Notes: generated by a model not told the origin, from the sequence alone. Numbered from the stretch's first letter, positions 21,527-31,500 are shown. The stretch: DNA of 59,640 bases from Myxococcota bacterium (GCA_040386535.1 JAZKFH010000004.1:1-59640), one strand, 5' to 3'. Translations and numbers: made by a program.

Positions 21527-22417
21527 ATGCGCACCCTCGTCGCTTCTCCCCTCCTCGCCGCCGAGCCCACCCTGGAGCCGACCGCGCTCCAAGCCCCGAC
21601 CGCGCCCCGGCGCATCGTCCACCGCACCCGGGGGCGCCGGCATGGCCCGGTCGTGCGCCTCGTGAGCCCGTCCGACCTCGGCCAGCTCATCAAGCCGTTC
21701 GTGTTCCTCGACGCGTTCGAGGCCGACGGCGCCCACGCGCCCAAGTTCGGCATCCACCCCCACTCCGGCATCGCCACGTTCACCGTCCTGCTCGAGGGGA
21801 GCTTCTCGTACGAGGACACCTCGGGCAAGAGCGGGGTGTTGGCCCCCGGCGGCGTGGAGTGGATGCGCGCGGGCAGCGGCGTGTGGCATGACGGCGCGGC
21901 CGTGGGCGGCGGGCGCATGAAGGGGTACCAACTCTGGATCGCGTTGCCGGCGGCCTGGGAGAACGCACCGGCCGAGAGCCAATACCTCGCCCCCGAGGAG
22001 CTGGAGGAGGACGGCCCCGTGCGCGTCCTGCTCGGGCGCTACGGGAGCGCGGGGAGCCGGATCGCGACGCCGGCCCCGATGAACTACCTCTCCGTTCGCC
22101 TCGCGGACGGCGAGCGTTGGCAATACCAGCCGCCCGAAGGCCACACGGTCGGTTGGGTCGCCGTGCACGAGGGCGAGCTGCACACCTCCGAGGTGGTGCA
22201 GACCGGCGAGCTGGCGGTGTTCGATGCGGCGGACGGCGCGATCGATTTCGTGGCAAAAGGAGCCACCGCGTTCGTGCTCGGCTCGGCGCCCAAGCATCCG
22301 CACGACCTGGTGCTCGGGAGCTACTCGGTGCACACCACCGCCGCGGCGCTGCGGGAGGGCGAGGCCGGGATCGCCGCGATCGGGCGGCGGTTGCGGAGCG
22401 AGGGGCGGCTGGGGTAA
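21527..22417 (+). CDS. Pirin family protein
   Basis: PFVFLD, HPHSG, WMRAGSGVWH and QLWIALP motifs. Confidence 0.93.
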   Translation: MRTLVASPLLAAEPTLEPTALQAPTAPRRIVHRTRGRRHGPVVRLVSPSDLGQLIKPFVFLDAFEADGAHAPKFGIHPHSGIATFTVLLEGSFSYEDTSGKSGVLAPGGVEWMRAGSGVWHDGAAVGGGRMKGYQLWIALPAAWENAPAESQYLAPEELEEDGPVRVLLGRYGSAGSRIATPAPMNYLSVRLADGERWQYQPPEGHTVGWVAVHEGELHTSEVVQTGELAVFDAADGAIDFVAKGATAFVLGSAPKHPHDLVLGSYSVHTTAAALREGEAGIAAIGRRLRSEGRLG

Positions 22418-22422
22418 CCGAG

Positions 22423-24537
22423 CTATCCGTTCGCGGCGAGAGGGAGGTCGTCCTTGGACGACGTTTCCGTCGCCGCGAACGACGCCGCCAACCGCTGTGT
22501 CGCCTGCCCGAAGAGCCGATCGAAGAAGGGCGCCACGAGAAAGCGGAACGCGGCGACCGCCGGGAGCGCGTCGTAGTGCATCGTCCAGCGGAGCTCGGTG
22601 CCCCCGTCCGCGCGCGGCGTGAACGTGACCTCCTCGAGCATCTCCGCCGCCAGCGGCAACGAGCACGCGTCGACCGAGGCGAGGTAGCGCCGCCCGGGCT
22701 CGGCCTCGATGACACGGATGCGGAAGCGGGCAAACGCGAGGCTCACGTCGAACACGCCGCCCGCGGTGTCGGGGGGGCCGGCCGGCCAATCCACACCGGC
22801 AAACCAGGGGTACCACTCGGCGCCGCGCTCGAAGTACGCCATGCGCGCGTAGACCTCGGCCGGCGTGGCGTTCACCACGGCGCGGTGATCGAAGCGGAAG
22901 GCGGCGCGGGTGGCAAAGCCGGCGTCGGTAGGACGCAAGCGGAACGGCATTGGCAGGTTCCAGCGCGTGCGTTGGGGCTCGAGCGCGTTGGGAGGGAGGG
23001 CGGGGGCCCGCGCGACGGGCGGGCGGGCGGCGGGCAGCCCGAGGTGCGTGCGCCAGTGGCGGTTGACGAAGACGTTGTCGGGATCGTGGGCGGTGCGCAA
23101 CGCGAGGAACGCGTCCATCCGCGGGTAGGCGGCGCGCAGCGCGTCGGGCGCGACCGGCAGGTGTTTGCCCCAATGCGGGCGGGCGCCCAGGTCGGCGAGC
23201 GCCTCCCAATATTGGGGAAACCAGGTGCGGTCGGGGTCGGCGCCGGCGCGGGGCGACCAGAACAGGTCGATCCGCACCTGGTCGCCACCGTAGGAGGGGG
23301 AGAGCCACGCCTGGGTGGCGCGCGCCCCGTAGATCTCGATGGCGAAGGTGCCCGCGGCGCGCAAGCCGTCGCGCGCGATCAGGTCGCGGATGCGACGCAG
23401 CGCCTCGCCCGCGTGCGCGATGGGGAGGAACAGCTCGGTGAACGTGACGGGGAGCAGGCGCTCGTCCATCTGGTCGTCCATGGGGAGGCCCTCACGCCAG
23501 CTCGCGCGGAAGGGGCGCGGCGCGGGATCCACCGGCACGAACTCGTTGTAGAGCACGGGGAACACGCGGCTCTCCACGAAGCGATCCAACTTGGTGCGGG
23601 GAACGTCGGGGGCGCGGAGCAGGCGCGCGTCGCGCCACCACGCTGTGGCATTGAGGGCGTGCCCGGCCAGCGCGAGCGTGAGCGTGGACGAGCCGAGCAT
23701 CGGCGGCATCTGGACGTAGGGGCGGGGGAGCGCGGCGTCGGTCGCGACGGCGCGGCGAGCCTGCCACACCACGAGCTTGTCCACGTCGGGCTGGGGCCAC
23801 CACATCAACCGCAGGTACTCGTGATCGCGCAAGGCCGCGGCGACGCCGTCGGGGCCGTCCGAGTACAGGTCGATGGCGGAATCGGCGCGCCGGGTACACA
23901 CCTCCTCCCCGACGATGTCGTAGCGGGGCTCGCATTGGAGGGTCACCTCGGTGACCACGCCCAACAGGCCGAGTGACACGAGCGCGGCGGCGAACCGGTC
24001 GGGGTCGGAGGCTGCGGTGAGGACGTGCACGGCGCCGGTGCCGTCGACGAGGCGAAGGGCCACGACGGTGTCGAGCACCGCGTGAGACAACGTGCCACCG
24101 GAGGAGCCGGTTGCCAGGAACCCGGCGATGGTCTGGTGGCTCACGCCGCCGAGATCGGGGAGCGCCCAGCCGCGCGCTTCGAGGTACCAACCGAGGCTGC
24201 GCTCGGCAGTGGCCATCTGGGTGGCATCGCGCGGATCGGCGCCGAAGTGACACCCAGCGCCCACCGTGACTTGCATCGTGTCGGGATCGGCCGACCGGAT
24301 CTCGGCCATGCGGTCGAGGATCATCTCCAACGCCACGGTGTTCTGGAGAGAGGGGGTGCCCTGGAGGAAGGCGTCGGTGTGGATCGCGGCGGGGATGGAG
24401 TGCCGCGAGCCCCGGGTGCGGACCTGCAGGCCGTGGGCGCGGGCGTAGCGCACGATCGCGACCACCTCGGCCTCGCAGCGGGGGTGGAACAAGCCGGTGG
24501 CGTCGCGCCAGGGCAGGCTGTCGGGCAGGGCGAGCAT
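22423..24537 (-). CDS. FAD-linked oxidoreductase (aldonolactone oxidase-like) fused to a C-terminal SRPBCC/START-like domain
   Basis: RGSRHS, QTIAGFLATGSSG, SLGLLGVVTEVTLQC, RPHWGK and DPDNVF; extra ~150-aa domain (VVNATPAEVY...GGTELRWT); TGATG coupling to the ceramidase gene. Confidence 0.85.
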   Translation of the reverse strand: MLALPDSLPWRDATGLFHPRCEAEVVAIVRYARAHGLQVRTRGSRHSIPAAIHTDAFLQGTPSLQNTVALEMILDRMAEIRSADPDTMQVTVGAGCHFGADPRDATQMATAERSLGWYLEARGWALPDLGGVSHQTIAGFLATGSSGGTLSHAVLDTVVALRLVDGTGAVHVLTAASDPDRFAAALVSLGLLGVVTEVTLQCEPRYDIVGEEVCTRRADSAIDLYSDGPDGVAAALRDHEYLRLMWWPQPDVDKLVVWQARRAVATDAALPRPYVQMPPMLGSSTLTLALAGHALNATAWWRDARLLRAPDVPRTKLDRFVESRVFPVLYNEFVPVDPAPRPFRASWREGLPMDDQMDERLLPVTFTELFLPIAHAGEALRRIRDLIARDGLRAAGTFAIEIYGARATQAWLSPSYGGDQVRIDLFWSPRAGADPDRTWFPQYWEALADLGARPHWGKHLPVAPDALRAAYPRMDAFLALRTAHDPDNVFVNRHWRTHLGLPAARPPVARAPALPPNALEPQRTRWNLPMPFRLRPTDAGFATRAAFRFDHRAVVNATPAEVYARMAYFERGAEWYPWFAGVDWPAGPPDTAGGVFDVSLAFARFRIRVIEAEPGRRYLASVDACSLPLAAEMLEEVTFTPRADGGTELRWTMHYDALPAVAAFRFLVAPFFDRLFGQATQRLAASFAATETSSKDDLPLAANG

Positions 24538-26231
24538 CAGCAGAGCTCCACGGGGTAGGCGAGCGCGAGCGAATCGGCGGTGCCATGACGGTGGGGGTGG
24601 GCGCCGAGGGTCAGCTCGGCGCCGCCGTCGTCGAGCGCGTCGCGCACGTCGGCGAGCGCGGTGCACCACGCGGGCAGGGTCCAGCGGCCGAACATGGTGC
24701 AGGCGGCCTCGTAGTGTTGGGCGTCGTACTCCTCGGGGGTGACGAGGTAGCCGGCGTAGGCGTTGGCGTATCCGTTCACGATGACGGTCTCCCCGGGGGC
24801 GCGGGTGATGGCGGCGGCGATGCGGCGGCCGGCGACGGTGGAAGGTTCGAGCGGCACGCCGGCGATGACGAGATCACCCAGGCGAAGGATCTGCGCGGGG
24901 AGCACCTGGGGAATCCAGGGAAGGTCGCCCAGGCGGCCGCTCTTGACCGTGTCCCGGTACCAGGCGACGCGCCGCTCGGGAACCAATTCGAGCACGAGGT
25001 TCATGGTGGAGAGAAAGCCGAGCACCTTGCCGTTCACGCCGTGGCCGAGGTCGTACCAGGGGTACTTGCCACCCTGGCGGCGCAACCACTCCGGCGCGCT
25101 GGGGCCGGCGTTGAGTTGGCCGGTCGCGGAGGAGAGCCAGCGGTTGAGCCAGGGGACGGCGTGCAGCGGACCCGGGCCCTCGTCGGTGCCCTGGGCGAAC
25201 GCGAGCCCCGCGCGCGCGGCGGCGCCACCCATCCCGGCGAGCCCGCCGGTGAAGCGCGGATCCGCGGGCTGGGCGGGGACATCGACGTACCGGACCGCGC
25301 CGGACACTGCGCCGGAGAGCGGGGCGGCGTCGGCGGCGTGCACCATCAGCCCCCAGGCGAAGCGACCCTGGGTCGCGCCGACGTGCGCCACGTGCGCCGC
25401 GTCGTCCCCGCCGGGCCCCGCCAGGAGCTTGCGGCGCGGGTCCCAAACCAGGTTGGGGGTCACATCCCCGGCGGCCTCCTGCGGGAACAGGGCGACGAAG
25501 TCCTCGGCCCCAGCGCGCTCCGCGGCGTCCTCGCACCACGCCGCGGCGACCCCCTTGTGGTCGGGGTGGATCAGCGTGTTGTCGGCGTGGATGCAGGTGC
25601 CGTGCAGCGGAAACCAGGAGACGAGCCCGCGCGGGCGGCCGCGGGTGTCCTCCAGGCGGAGCACCACCATGCGGCGGTTGACGGCCTCGCCGGCGCGGTC
25701 GGCCGGGAGGGGTGTAACGTCGGCGTTGCGGTTGTAGGCGGCGAGGGACCGGTTGGTCGCGATCCCGGCGGACACGGGCACGTCGGCCATCGCAAGCCGG
25801 GCACGCCCGGGGGCCAGCCGCGCGACCGCCTGGGTGAGGGCGGCGACGATGCCATCCACGATGCCGTCGTGCACACGCGAAGAGAAGCCGGGCGCGGTGG
25901 CGGCGTAGAACATGTATTGGGAGTAGCCGTTGGGGCCGCTGTGGGTGTGGGTGGCGGAGAGGAGCAGGCGGTGCTCGTCGAGGCCCAGCCCGGCGACACG
26001 ATCGACCACGGCCTGGCGCACCGACTGGGAGATGAAGCCGAGGTCACAGACGACGGTGGCGACGCGGCCTTCGGCGTCCTCCACCACCAGCGCGCGGGCG
26101 TAGAGCGGCATCGCTACGCCAAGCGACAGGTTCTCGGGCATCCCCCACCCGAACATCCACATGCCGGTCTCGTACACCGTCACGTCCGCCTTCCCGAGCC
26201 CGATGTTCCACGTTGCCTTGCTGCTGGTCAT
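24537..26231 (-). CDS. Neutral/alkaline ceramidase family protein
   Basis: LYARAL, SATHTHSGP, HGT, AAGDVTPN, AGRRI and YANAYAGYLVTPEEYDAQHYEAACT. Confidence 0.9.
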   Translation of the reverse strand: MTSSKATWNIGLGKADVTVYETGMWMFGWGMPENLSLGVAMPLYARALVVEDAEGRVATVVCDLGFISQSVRQAVVDRVAGLGLDEHRLLLSATHTHSGPNGYSQYMFYAATAPGFSSRVHDGIVDGIVAALTQAVARLAPGRARLAMADVPVSAGIATNRSLAAYNRNADVTPLPADRAGEAVNRRMVVLRLEDTRGRPRGLVSWFPLHGTCIHADNTLIHPDHKGVAAAWCEDAAERAGAEDFVALFPQEAAGDVTPNLVWDPRRKLLAGPGGDDAAHVAHVGATQGRFAWGLMVHAADAAPLSGAVSGAVRYVDVPAQPADPRFTGGLAGMGGAAARAGLAFAQGTDEGPGPLHAVPWLNRWLSSATGQLNAGPSAPEWLRRQGGKYPWYDLGHGVNGKVLGFLSTMNLVLELVPERRVAWYRDTVKSGRLGDLPWIPQVLPAQILRLGDLVIAGVPLEPSTVAGRRIAAAITRAPGETVIVNGYANAYAGYLVTPEEYDAQHYEAACTMFGRWTLPAWCTALADVRDALDDGGAELTLGAHPHRHGTADSLALAYPVELC

Positions 26232-26243
26232 GATCGGGGCCAC

Positions 26244-26259
26244 TGCACGAGCCGTGCCA
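26244..26259 (-). promoter_or_regulatory. Sigma-54-type promoter for the ceramidase operon
   Basis: Minus strand TGGCAC-ggctc-GTGCA, one mismatch to consensus. Confidence 0.55.
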
Positions 26260-26434
26260 GCCTCGCGCGCGCGCGGCTACGCGCGCACCTTCCACAAAAT
26301 GCCCGTCTGTCCGTGCACGCCCTCAGGATCCGCGGTGGGCGCTCATCGCCGCGCATGCGCGCGCATCGGCGGCGCCGCGGGGCCGATCCCGCAAAACCAA
26401 GCCTCCGCCCGTCCTCGGGCCGCTTGTGCACCGT

Positions 26435-26450
26435 TGGCACACCGCTTGCT
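26435..26450 (+). promoter_or_regulatory. Sigma-54 promoter for the desaturase operon
   Basis: TGGCAC-accgc-TTGCT matches the -24/-12 consensus, 21 nt before ATG 26472. Confidence 0.75.
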
Positions 26451-26471
26451 CTGGCCCCCCACGAGGCTTGC

Positions 26472-27317
26472 ATGTCGACCACCACCACCGCCCACCCGCT
26501 CCCGCTCCCCGGCTTGCGGGCCCTCGTCGCCGCGCTGCTCCTGCCCCCGAGCGCGCAGCTCCGTCGCCACCGCACCTTCTACCTGCGCTACGATGGCGCC
26601 TGGGCCGCGGCCTGTGTCGGCGCGCTCGGTGTCATGTCCGCGGTGGGCCACGGCCCGCTGCTCGCCGACTGGGGCCCCGCGGTGGCGCTGCTGCTCCCGC
26701 TCGCCTGCTACGCCCACATCCTGTGCAGCGTGTTCGTCCACAACGCCGTGCACCAGGGCTTCCCCAAGCCTGTCAACCGCCTCGTGGGCGAGCTCTGCGG
26801 CGCGGTCATCCTCACCCGGTTCGCCTCCTGGGAGATCGTCCACCAGCGGCACCACCGCTACTCGGACGATCCGGCGCGGGACCCCCACCCGCTCCACGCC
26901 AACTACCTGACGTTCCTGCTGCGCACGATCGTGAACGTCGAGGTCACGCTCCAGGCCATCTTCCTCGAGCGCCACGGAGACACCCCGGCCAACCGCCGGT
27001 ACGAGCGTGTGCGGGCCTATGTGTCGTACGCCACCAACCTGCTCGTGGTGGCGACCTGGTACCGCTTCTGCGGCCCGGTGGCCTTCTTCGGGCTCTTCGT
27101 GCCGGCCTCCATCGTCGGCTTCCTCCACCTCGTGCACTTCAATTGGGCCACCCACGACGCCGGCTCCGCCACCGGCACCTTCCGCCCGGTCAACCTGAAC
27201 CACGGCCTGTACCGCATCGGCAACCGCCTGCTGTTCGGCATCTACATGCACGGCAACCACCACGCCCGCCCGGGCCTGTTCAACCCGGCTCACCTGCCCA
27301 GCTCGGTGCGCGTATGA
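26472..27317 (+). CDS. Membrane fatty-acid desaturase family protein 1
   Basis: His boxes HNAVH, HQRHH, HGNHH. Confidence 0.88.
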   Translation: MSTTTTAHPLPLPGLRALVAALLLPPSAQLRRHRTFYLRYDGAWAAACVGALGVMSAVGHGPLLADWGPAVALLLPLACYAHILCSVFVHNAVHQGFPKPVNRLVGELCGAVILTRFASWEIVHQRHHRYSDDPARDPHPLHANYLTFLLRTIVNVEVTLQAIFLERHGDTPANRRYERVRAYVSYATNLLVVATWYRFCGPVAFFGLFVPASIVGFLHLVHFNWATHDAGSATGTFRPVNLNHGLYRIGNRLLFGIYMHGNHHARPGLFNPAHLPSSVRV

Positions 27318-28159
27318 CCCCGCTGCTGCGCCACCCCGCCGACGTTCGCTCTGTCACCCTCGTCGTCGTGTACATGGGCCTGCTCGCCGCCCTCCTGTTC
27401 GTGCCTGCCACGCGCAACGTGGTGGTCTACGCCGCGGCGTGCGCGGGCAGCTTCCTCAACACGGTGGTCATCCACAACCACCAACACCAGGGCCTGTTCC
27501 GGAGCCGCCTGCTCAACCGGGCGTGGAGCTGTGTCGTGAGCTTCGGCGCCTTGTACCCCGCCTCCGCCAACCTCCCCTCCCACAACGTGGTCCACCACGC
27601 GTTCGCCGACGGCGACGCCCCCGATTGGGCCGCTCCCGGCAAGGTGAACCTCGGGCACCCGCTGCTCGATCTGCTGCACTTTCCCAACGTTGCCGGCCCG
27701 GACACCTTCGCCGGGGTGCGGCGCTGGGCCGCCGGCCGCAAGGCCTTCGGGACGCAGTACCAGGTGGAGATGGCGGTCGCCTTCGGGATCACCGGCGCGC
27801 TGCTCGTGTGGGATTTCTGGAGCACGTTGTTCTTCCTGGTCATGCCGCAGCTCTACGGCGCGCGCAACATCTTGCGCATCAACCTGCTCCAACACGCCGG
27901 ATGTGACACGGACAGCACGTGGAACCACTCGCGCAACTTCGTGGGCCGGGCGTTCAACTACGTGATGTGCAACAACGGGTACCACACGCTGCACCACATG
28001 CGCCCCGGCGTGCACTGGTCGAACCTCCCCGCCTTGCACGCGCAGGTCGTGGCCCCCCACATCGATCCGCGCCTGGTCGAGCCCAGCCTGGTGGGGTACC
28101 TCCTCCGCACCTTCCTCTTGGGAGGCCGCACCCGCCCCCTCGCGGCGGCCGCATGTTGA
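27314..28159 (+). CDS. Membrane fatty-acid desaturase family protein 2
   Basis: His boxes HNHQH, HNVVHH, HTLHH; ATGA overlap with the upstream gene. Confidence 0.88.
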   Translation: MTPLLRHPADVRSVTLVVVYMGLLAALLFVPATRNVVVYAAACAGSFLNTVVIHNHQHQGLFRSRLLNRAWSCVVSFGALYPASANLPSHNVVHHAFADGDAPDWAAPGKVNLGHPLLDLLHFPNVAGPDTFAGVRRWAAGRKAFGTQYQVEMAVAFGITGALLVWDFWSTLFFLVMPQLYGARNILRINLLQHAGCDTDSTWNHSRNFVGRAFNYVMCNNGYHTLHHMRPGVHWSNLPALHAQVVAPHIDPRLVEPSLVGYLLRTFLLGGRTRPLAAAAC

Positions 28160-28464
28160 CCCCGTTGGTCCTGGGCGGGCTCGCCCTCGCCGTGTTCTGG
28201 CAGACCACCCTGCTCATCACGTGGGCGACCGTCCGCGAGGTGACACACGCCACCGACCCGCGCCGCGCCGCCCAGATCCGCTGGGTCGTGGCCGGGATGC
28301 TGCTCGGCGCCGCCGGCTGCACCACGCTCGCGCTGTGGCCGCCCGTGTTCGGGCGTATCAGCACCGCCGGCGGCCTCGCCTGCCTCGCCTTCTTCCTGCT
28401 CGTCCAGCCCCTCGGCACCGCCCTGCGCGACCACGCGCGGGCCGGCCGCCTCCCCTCCGCGTAG
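28153..28464 (+). CDS. Small 3-TM membrane protein
   Basis: Overlaps the desaturase 2 stop; three hydrophobic segments. Confidence 0.7.
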   Translation: MLTPLVLGGLALAVFWQTTLLITWATVREVTHATDPRRAAQIRWVVAGMLLGAAGCTTLALWPPVFGRISTAGGLACLAFFLLVQPLGTALRDHARAGRLPSA

Positions 28465-28473
28465 GTCAAGCCC

Positions 28474-29436
28474 ATGCTCCGCTACTCTGCCGATCGCCGC
28501 ACGCTCGCCATCGTCGCCACGTGGTTCGGCCTCGTCGCGCTCCAGTGGTCGCTCCCGTCCGTCCACTGGGCCCTCTCGCTCGGGTTGTTCGGCCTCACGT
28601 GTTGGATGTCGTTCTTCTGCGCGGTCGCCACCCACAACTCGGTGCACGTTCCCGTGTTCGTGCGCCGCGCACACAACGCCGTCTTCCAGGTGGTCCTGAC
28701 GCTCACCTACGGCCACCCGGTGAGCGCGTTCGTGCCGGGCCACAATCTGTCCCACCACGTCCACACGCAGACCCCGCGTGACGCCATGCGCACCTCCAAG
28801 GCGCGCTTTCGTTTCCACCTGCTCAACGTGCTCCTGTTCCACGCCCAGGTGGGCGGCGGCGTGATGCGTGGCAACCTCCGCTACTTCCGCGCGATGGCAT
28901 CCGAGCGCCCGCGTTGGTTCGCCCAACTGATGCTGGAGACGAGCGCGCTGGTCGTGGTCTGCGCGGCGCTCGCGTGGCTGGATTGGCAGAAGTTCGTCCT
29001 CTTCGTGCTCCTGCCGCACCAGTACGCGGCGTGGGGGATCATGGCGATCAACCTGCTCCAGCACGACGGCACCGACGCGCGCCACCCGTGGAACCACTCG
29101 CGCAACTTCGTCGGGCGGCTGGTGAATTGGTGGACGTTCAACAACGGCTACCACACGATCCACCACATGCGCCCCGGCGTACATTGGAGCCTCCTGCCCG
29201 CGCTGCACCGGCGCGTCGTGGCGCCCCACATCCACCCCGCGCTCGACCAACGCTCGCTCGTGGTCTACCTGGTGCGCACGTTCCTGCTTCCGGGCGGTCG
29301 CAAGCGTTACGACGGCGCCCCGGTCGTGCTCCCCGACGTGGAGGTCGACGGCGACTGGGTGCCCGCTTCGCGCGCCGGCGGTGAGGCCAACAGTGACACC
29401 TTCGGCGCGAACGATGCGCTCGGCGCGGTGGCTTGA
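28474..29436 (+). CDS. Membrane fatty-acid desaturase family protein 3
   Basis: His boxes HNSVH, HNLSHH, HTIHH; paralogous to desaturase 2 (shared INLLQH, WNHSRNFVGR, NNGYH). Confidence 0.9.
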   Translation: MLRYSADRRTLAIVATWFGLVALQWSLPSVHWALSLGLFGLTCWMSFFCAVATHNSVHVPVFVRRAHNAVFQVVLTLTYGHPVSAFVPGHNLSHHVHTQTPRDAMRTSKARFRFHLLNVLLFHAQVGGGVMRGNLRYFRAMASERPRWFAQLMLETSALVVVCAALAWLDWQKFVLFVLLPHQYAAWGIMAINLLQHDGTDARHPWNHSRNFVGRLVNWWTFNNGYHTIHHMRPGVHWSLLPALHRRVVAPHIHPALDQRSLVVYLVRTFLLPGGRKRYDGAPVVLPDVEVDGDWVPASRAGGEANSDTFGANDALGAVA

Positions 29437-29930
29437 TGGCCCCCGACGCTTGGATCCGCCTCACCCGATGGGTGCGATTCTACTCCTGCGCCTTGTTGTT
29501 CTTCGTCACCAGCACGCTCGTCGGCGCCCACCTGTACCCGGCGACGGGCCAGTCGTGGACCACGTGCAAGGCCGGCGGCGTGGGGCCGGTCAGCCCCTGG
29601 TGCATCGCGGTCGTGCACCTCTACGAAGGGCCGCTGGTCTTGCTCGCCGCGTACACGGCCTATGTCGGCCTCGCCCGGTTCGCCCCCGCCCGCGTCCCCG
29701 CCTACACCTGCCTCGTGGCGTTCCAGCTCGTGACCTTGTTCGGGTTCGCCACGTACGAGACCCCCGCGTTGCTGCACGCCCTCTCCAGCGGGACCCCCAC
29801 CCGGGAGATCGCCATGCAGGGGTTCGCAGTCGTGGGGATGATCGGGGGGACGTTCCTCGGGTTCTACACCGTGTTCGGACGGTTGTTGCCGGCGGTGTTC
29901 GCGCGGGCGGAGGGGGCGCGCGTGGGGTAG
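29433..29930 (+). CDS. Hypothetical 4-TM membrane protein
   Basis: Coupled to the desaturase 3 stop; hydrophobic. Confidence 0.7.
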   Translation: MMAPDAWIRLTRWVRFYSCALLFFVTSTLVGAHLYPATGQSWTTCKAGGVGPVSPWCIAVVHLYEGPLVLLAAYTAYVGLARFAPARVPAYTCLVAFQLVTLFGFATYETPALLHALSSGTPTREIAMQGFAVVGMIGGTFLGFYTVFGRLLPAVFARAEGARVG

Positions 29931-29940
29931 GGTCGGATCC

Positions 29941-30729
29941 ATGTTCATCTCGATCATCAGCGTGTTGGTCAGCAACGCGACGGCATGCATGGCCGAGGCA
30001 GGGATGGGCCTCCACACCTGCGAGTACCCGGTGGACGCGCGGCTGGATCTTCGGGGGAACGCCCTCCAGGATGTGCTCGTGTTCGACGCGACCGGCGCGG
30101 AAGTGCCCGTGACGCTCGAGGAGACGTGCTCCGACTCCAACAGCAACGTCGGAGGGAGTTGCCGCTACGCCCTGGCGCCGGAGCACGAGTGGGCGGCCGG
30201 CGCGGCGTACACGGTCTGGGCGTCGTTCTGGGCCTACGCGGAGGTCCACGAGGACACGTTCGAGCTGACCATCGCGGCGGACGGCCGCCGGGTGGACCCG
30301 GTGGCGGGAGTGCCGGGCTTGACCGTGAGGCGACTCGCGTACGAAGCGGAGTGGAACTCGTGCGAGCCCTCCGATCCGGTGAAGTACGCCTTGACCGTGA
30401 CGCCCGCGGCCCCCGGCGACGCGGACGGCCTCTCCTACCTCCAGATCACACGCACGGACGGATACCTGCGAACGCTGCCGGTCCCCGAAGATGGCGCGCC
30501 GTTCGACACCGAGTTCCTGGCATCCGGAGCCGCGGACGATTGTTTCACCATCGTCCAGATCGACGGCGCGGGGAACGAGTCGGAGAGCCTGGATACGTGC
30601 GTGGACGAGAGCGACGCCCCCGTGGAGGCCGAGGCGTGCGGCTGTGGCGGAGGCCGGCTCGCTTCGGGGTGGGTGGTGCTGCTCGGGGGGTTGGCGGGGG
30701 TGCGGCGGCGGGGCGGGGGGCGCGGGTAG
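29941..30729 (+). CDS. Secreted protein with MYXO-CTERM-like tail
   Basis: Signal peptide; C-terminal ACGCGGG-hydrophobic-RRR. Confidence 0.75.
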   Translation: MFISIISVLVSNATACMAEAGMGLHTCEYPVDARLDLRGNALQDVLVFDATGAEVPVTLEETCSDSNSNVGGSCRYALAPEHEWAAGAAYTVWASFWAYAEVHEDTFELTIAADGRRVDPVAGVPGLTVRRLAYEAEWNSCEPSDPVKYALTVTPAAPGDADGLSYLQITRTDGYLRTLPVPEDGAPFDTEFLASGAADDCFTIVQIDGAGNESESLDTCVDESDAPVEAEACGCGGGRLASGWVVLLGGLAGVRRRGGGRG

Positions 30730-31016
30730 CCGGCGCCCGCCCGGGTCATGTGCCGGTGAATGAGCGTTTTCCGGAGTCATGTCACCCTGGACGCCCGATT
30801 CCGAGCGCTTGGGGAACCGCGAGGCAGAGATAGTGACGCTTGGTCCGTTCAGCGCTCTGGGGATCGCCGCCCATACGGGCGTTCGATGCGGCATGACCTT
30901 GATCTCCCGGCGTCCAGGGGGGCATGGGTTCCGTTGGGCGCCATGAATTCTCCGCCTGAGCGACCGGTCGAGTCTGCGGCCACCGCCGCGACAAGCTGCC
31001 CAGGTAAACTGCACCC

Positions 31017-31328
31017 ATGCAACCACTTCATTGCTGGCGATGTGACCTTGTCGTCCCGATGCTCGACGAGCAGGAGTACGCGCTGCTTGCCGCTGCCGCG
31101 AAACAGCCGGCACCTCGAATCGAGGGAATCCCATCGAGGGAATCCTGGTCTCGTCCGCTGCTGGACGAATACGAGCGTCTGACCGGATTTCGCGAAACCA
31201 ACCCGAGCGCAGTGTGGCACCATCGGCTCGCATACTACGGCGCAGCCTGCCGAGCCTGTGGCATTCCTCTCCGGACGCCGCGTGCACGCTACTGCGCCAG
31301 CTGCTGGACTCCCGCGCAAGCTCCGTGA
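31017..31328 (+). CDS. Small Cys-motif (zinc-ribbon-like) hypothetical protein
   Basis: CWRC, CRAC and CASC pairs; visibly less GC-biased codons. Confidence 0.65.
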   Translation: MQPLHCWRCDLVVPMLDEQEYALLAAAAKQPAPRIEGIPSRESWSRPLLDEYERLTGFRETNPSAVWHHRLAYYGAACRACGIPLRTPRARYCASCWTPAQAP

Positions 31329-31407
31329 CGGGTTGCGACTCGTTTCGACATTCGACACCGGCGGGCGTCCTCGCCTCGCCATGGAGTGCCCGCTCGCACC
31401 GGGTCCC

Positions 31408-31500
31408 CGCGAGTCCGCCGAGGCCTTCGTCGCGGAAGACCCGTTCGTGCTCAACGACGTGGTGAGCCGGTGGACCATCCGCGGGTGGAACGAGATTTAC
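31408..31500 (+). pseudogene. Remnant of a YciI-family gene (C-terminal part only)
   Basis: RESAEAFVAEDPFVLNDVVSRWTIRGWNEI resembles a YciI C-terminus; no matching N-terminal half. Confidence 0.5.

Noticed and set aside
24585..26471. N-terminal extension of the 910-aa ORF
   Set aside because: Antisense to the ceramidase; desaturase 1 starts at ATG 26472 after the sigma-54 promoter
26472..29436. Polyyne biosynthetic cluster call
   Set aside because: No fatty acyl-AMP ligase, ACP, thioesterase or rubredoxin gene nearby
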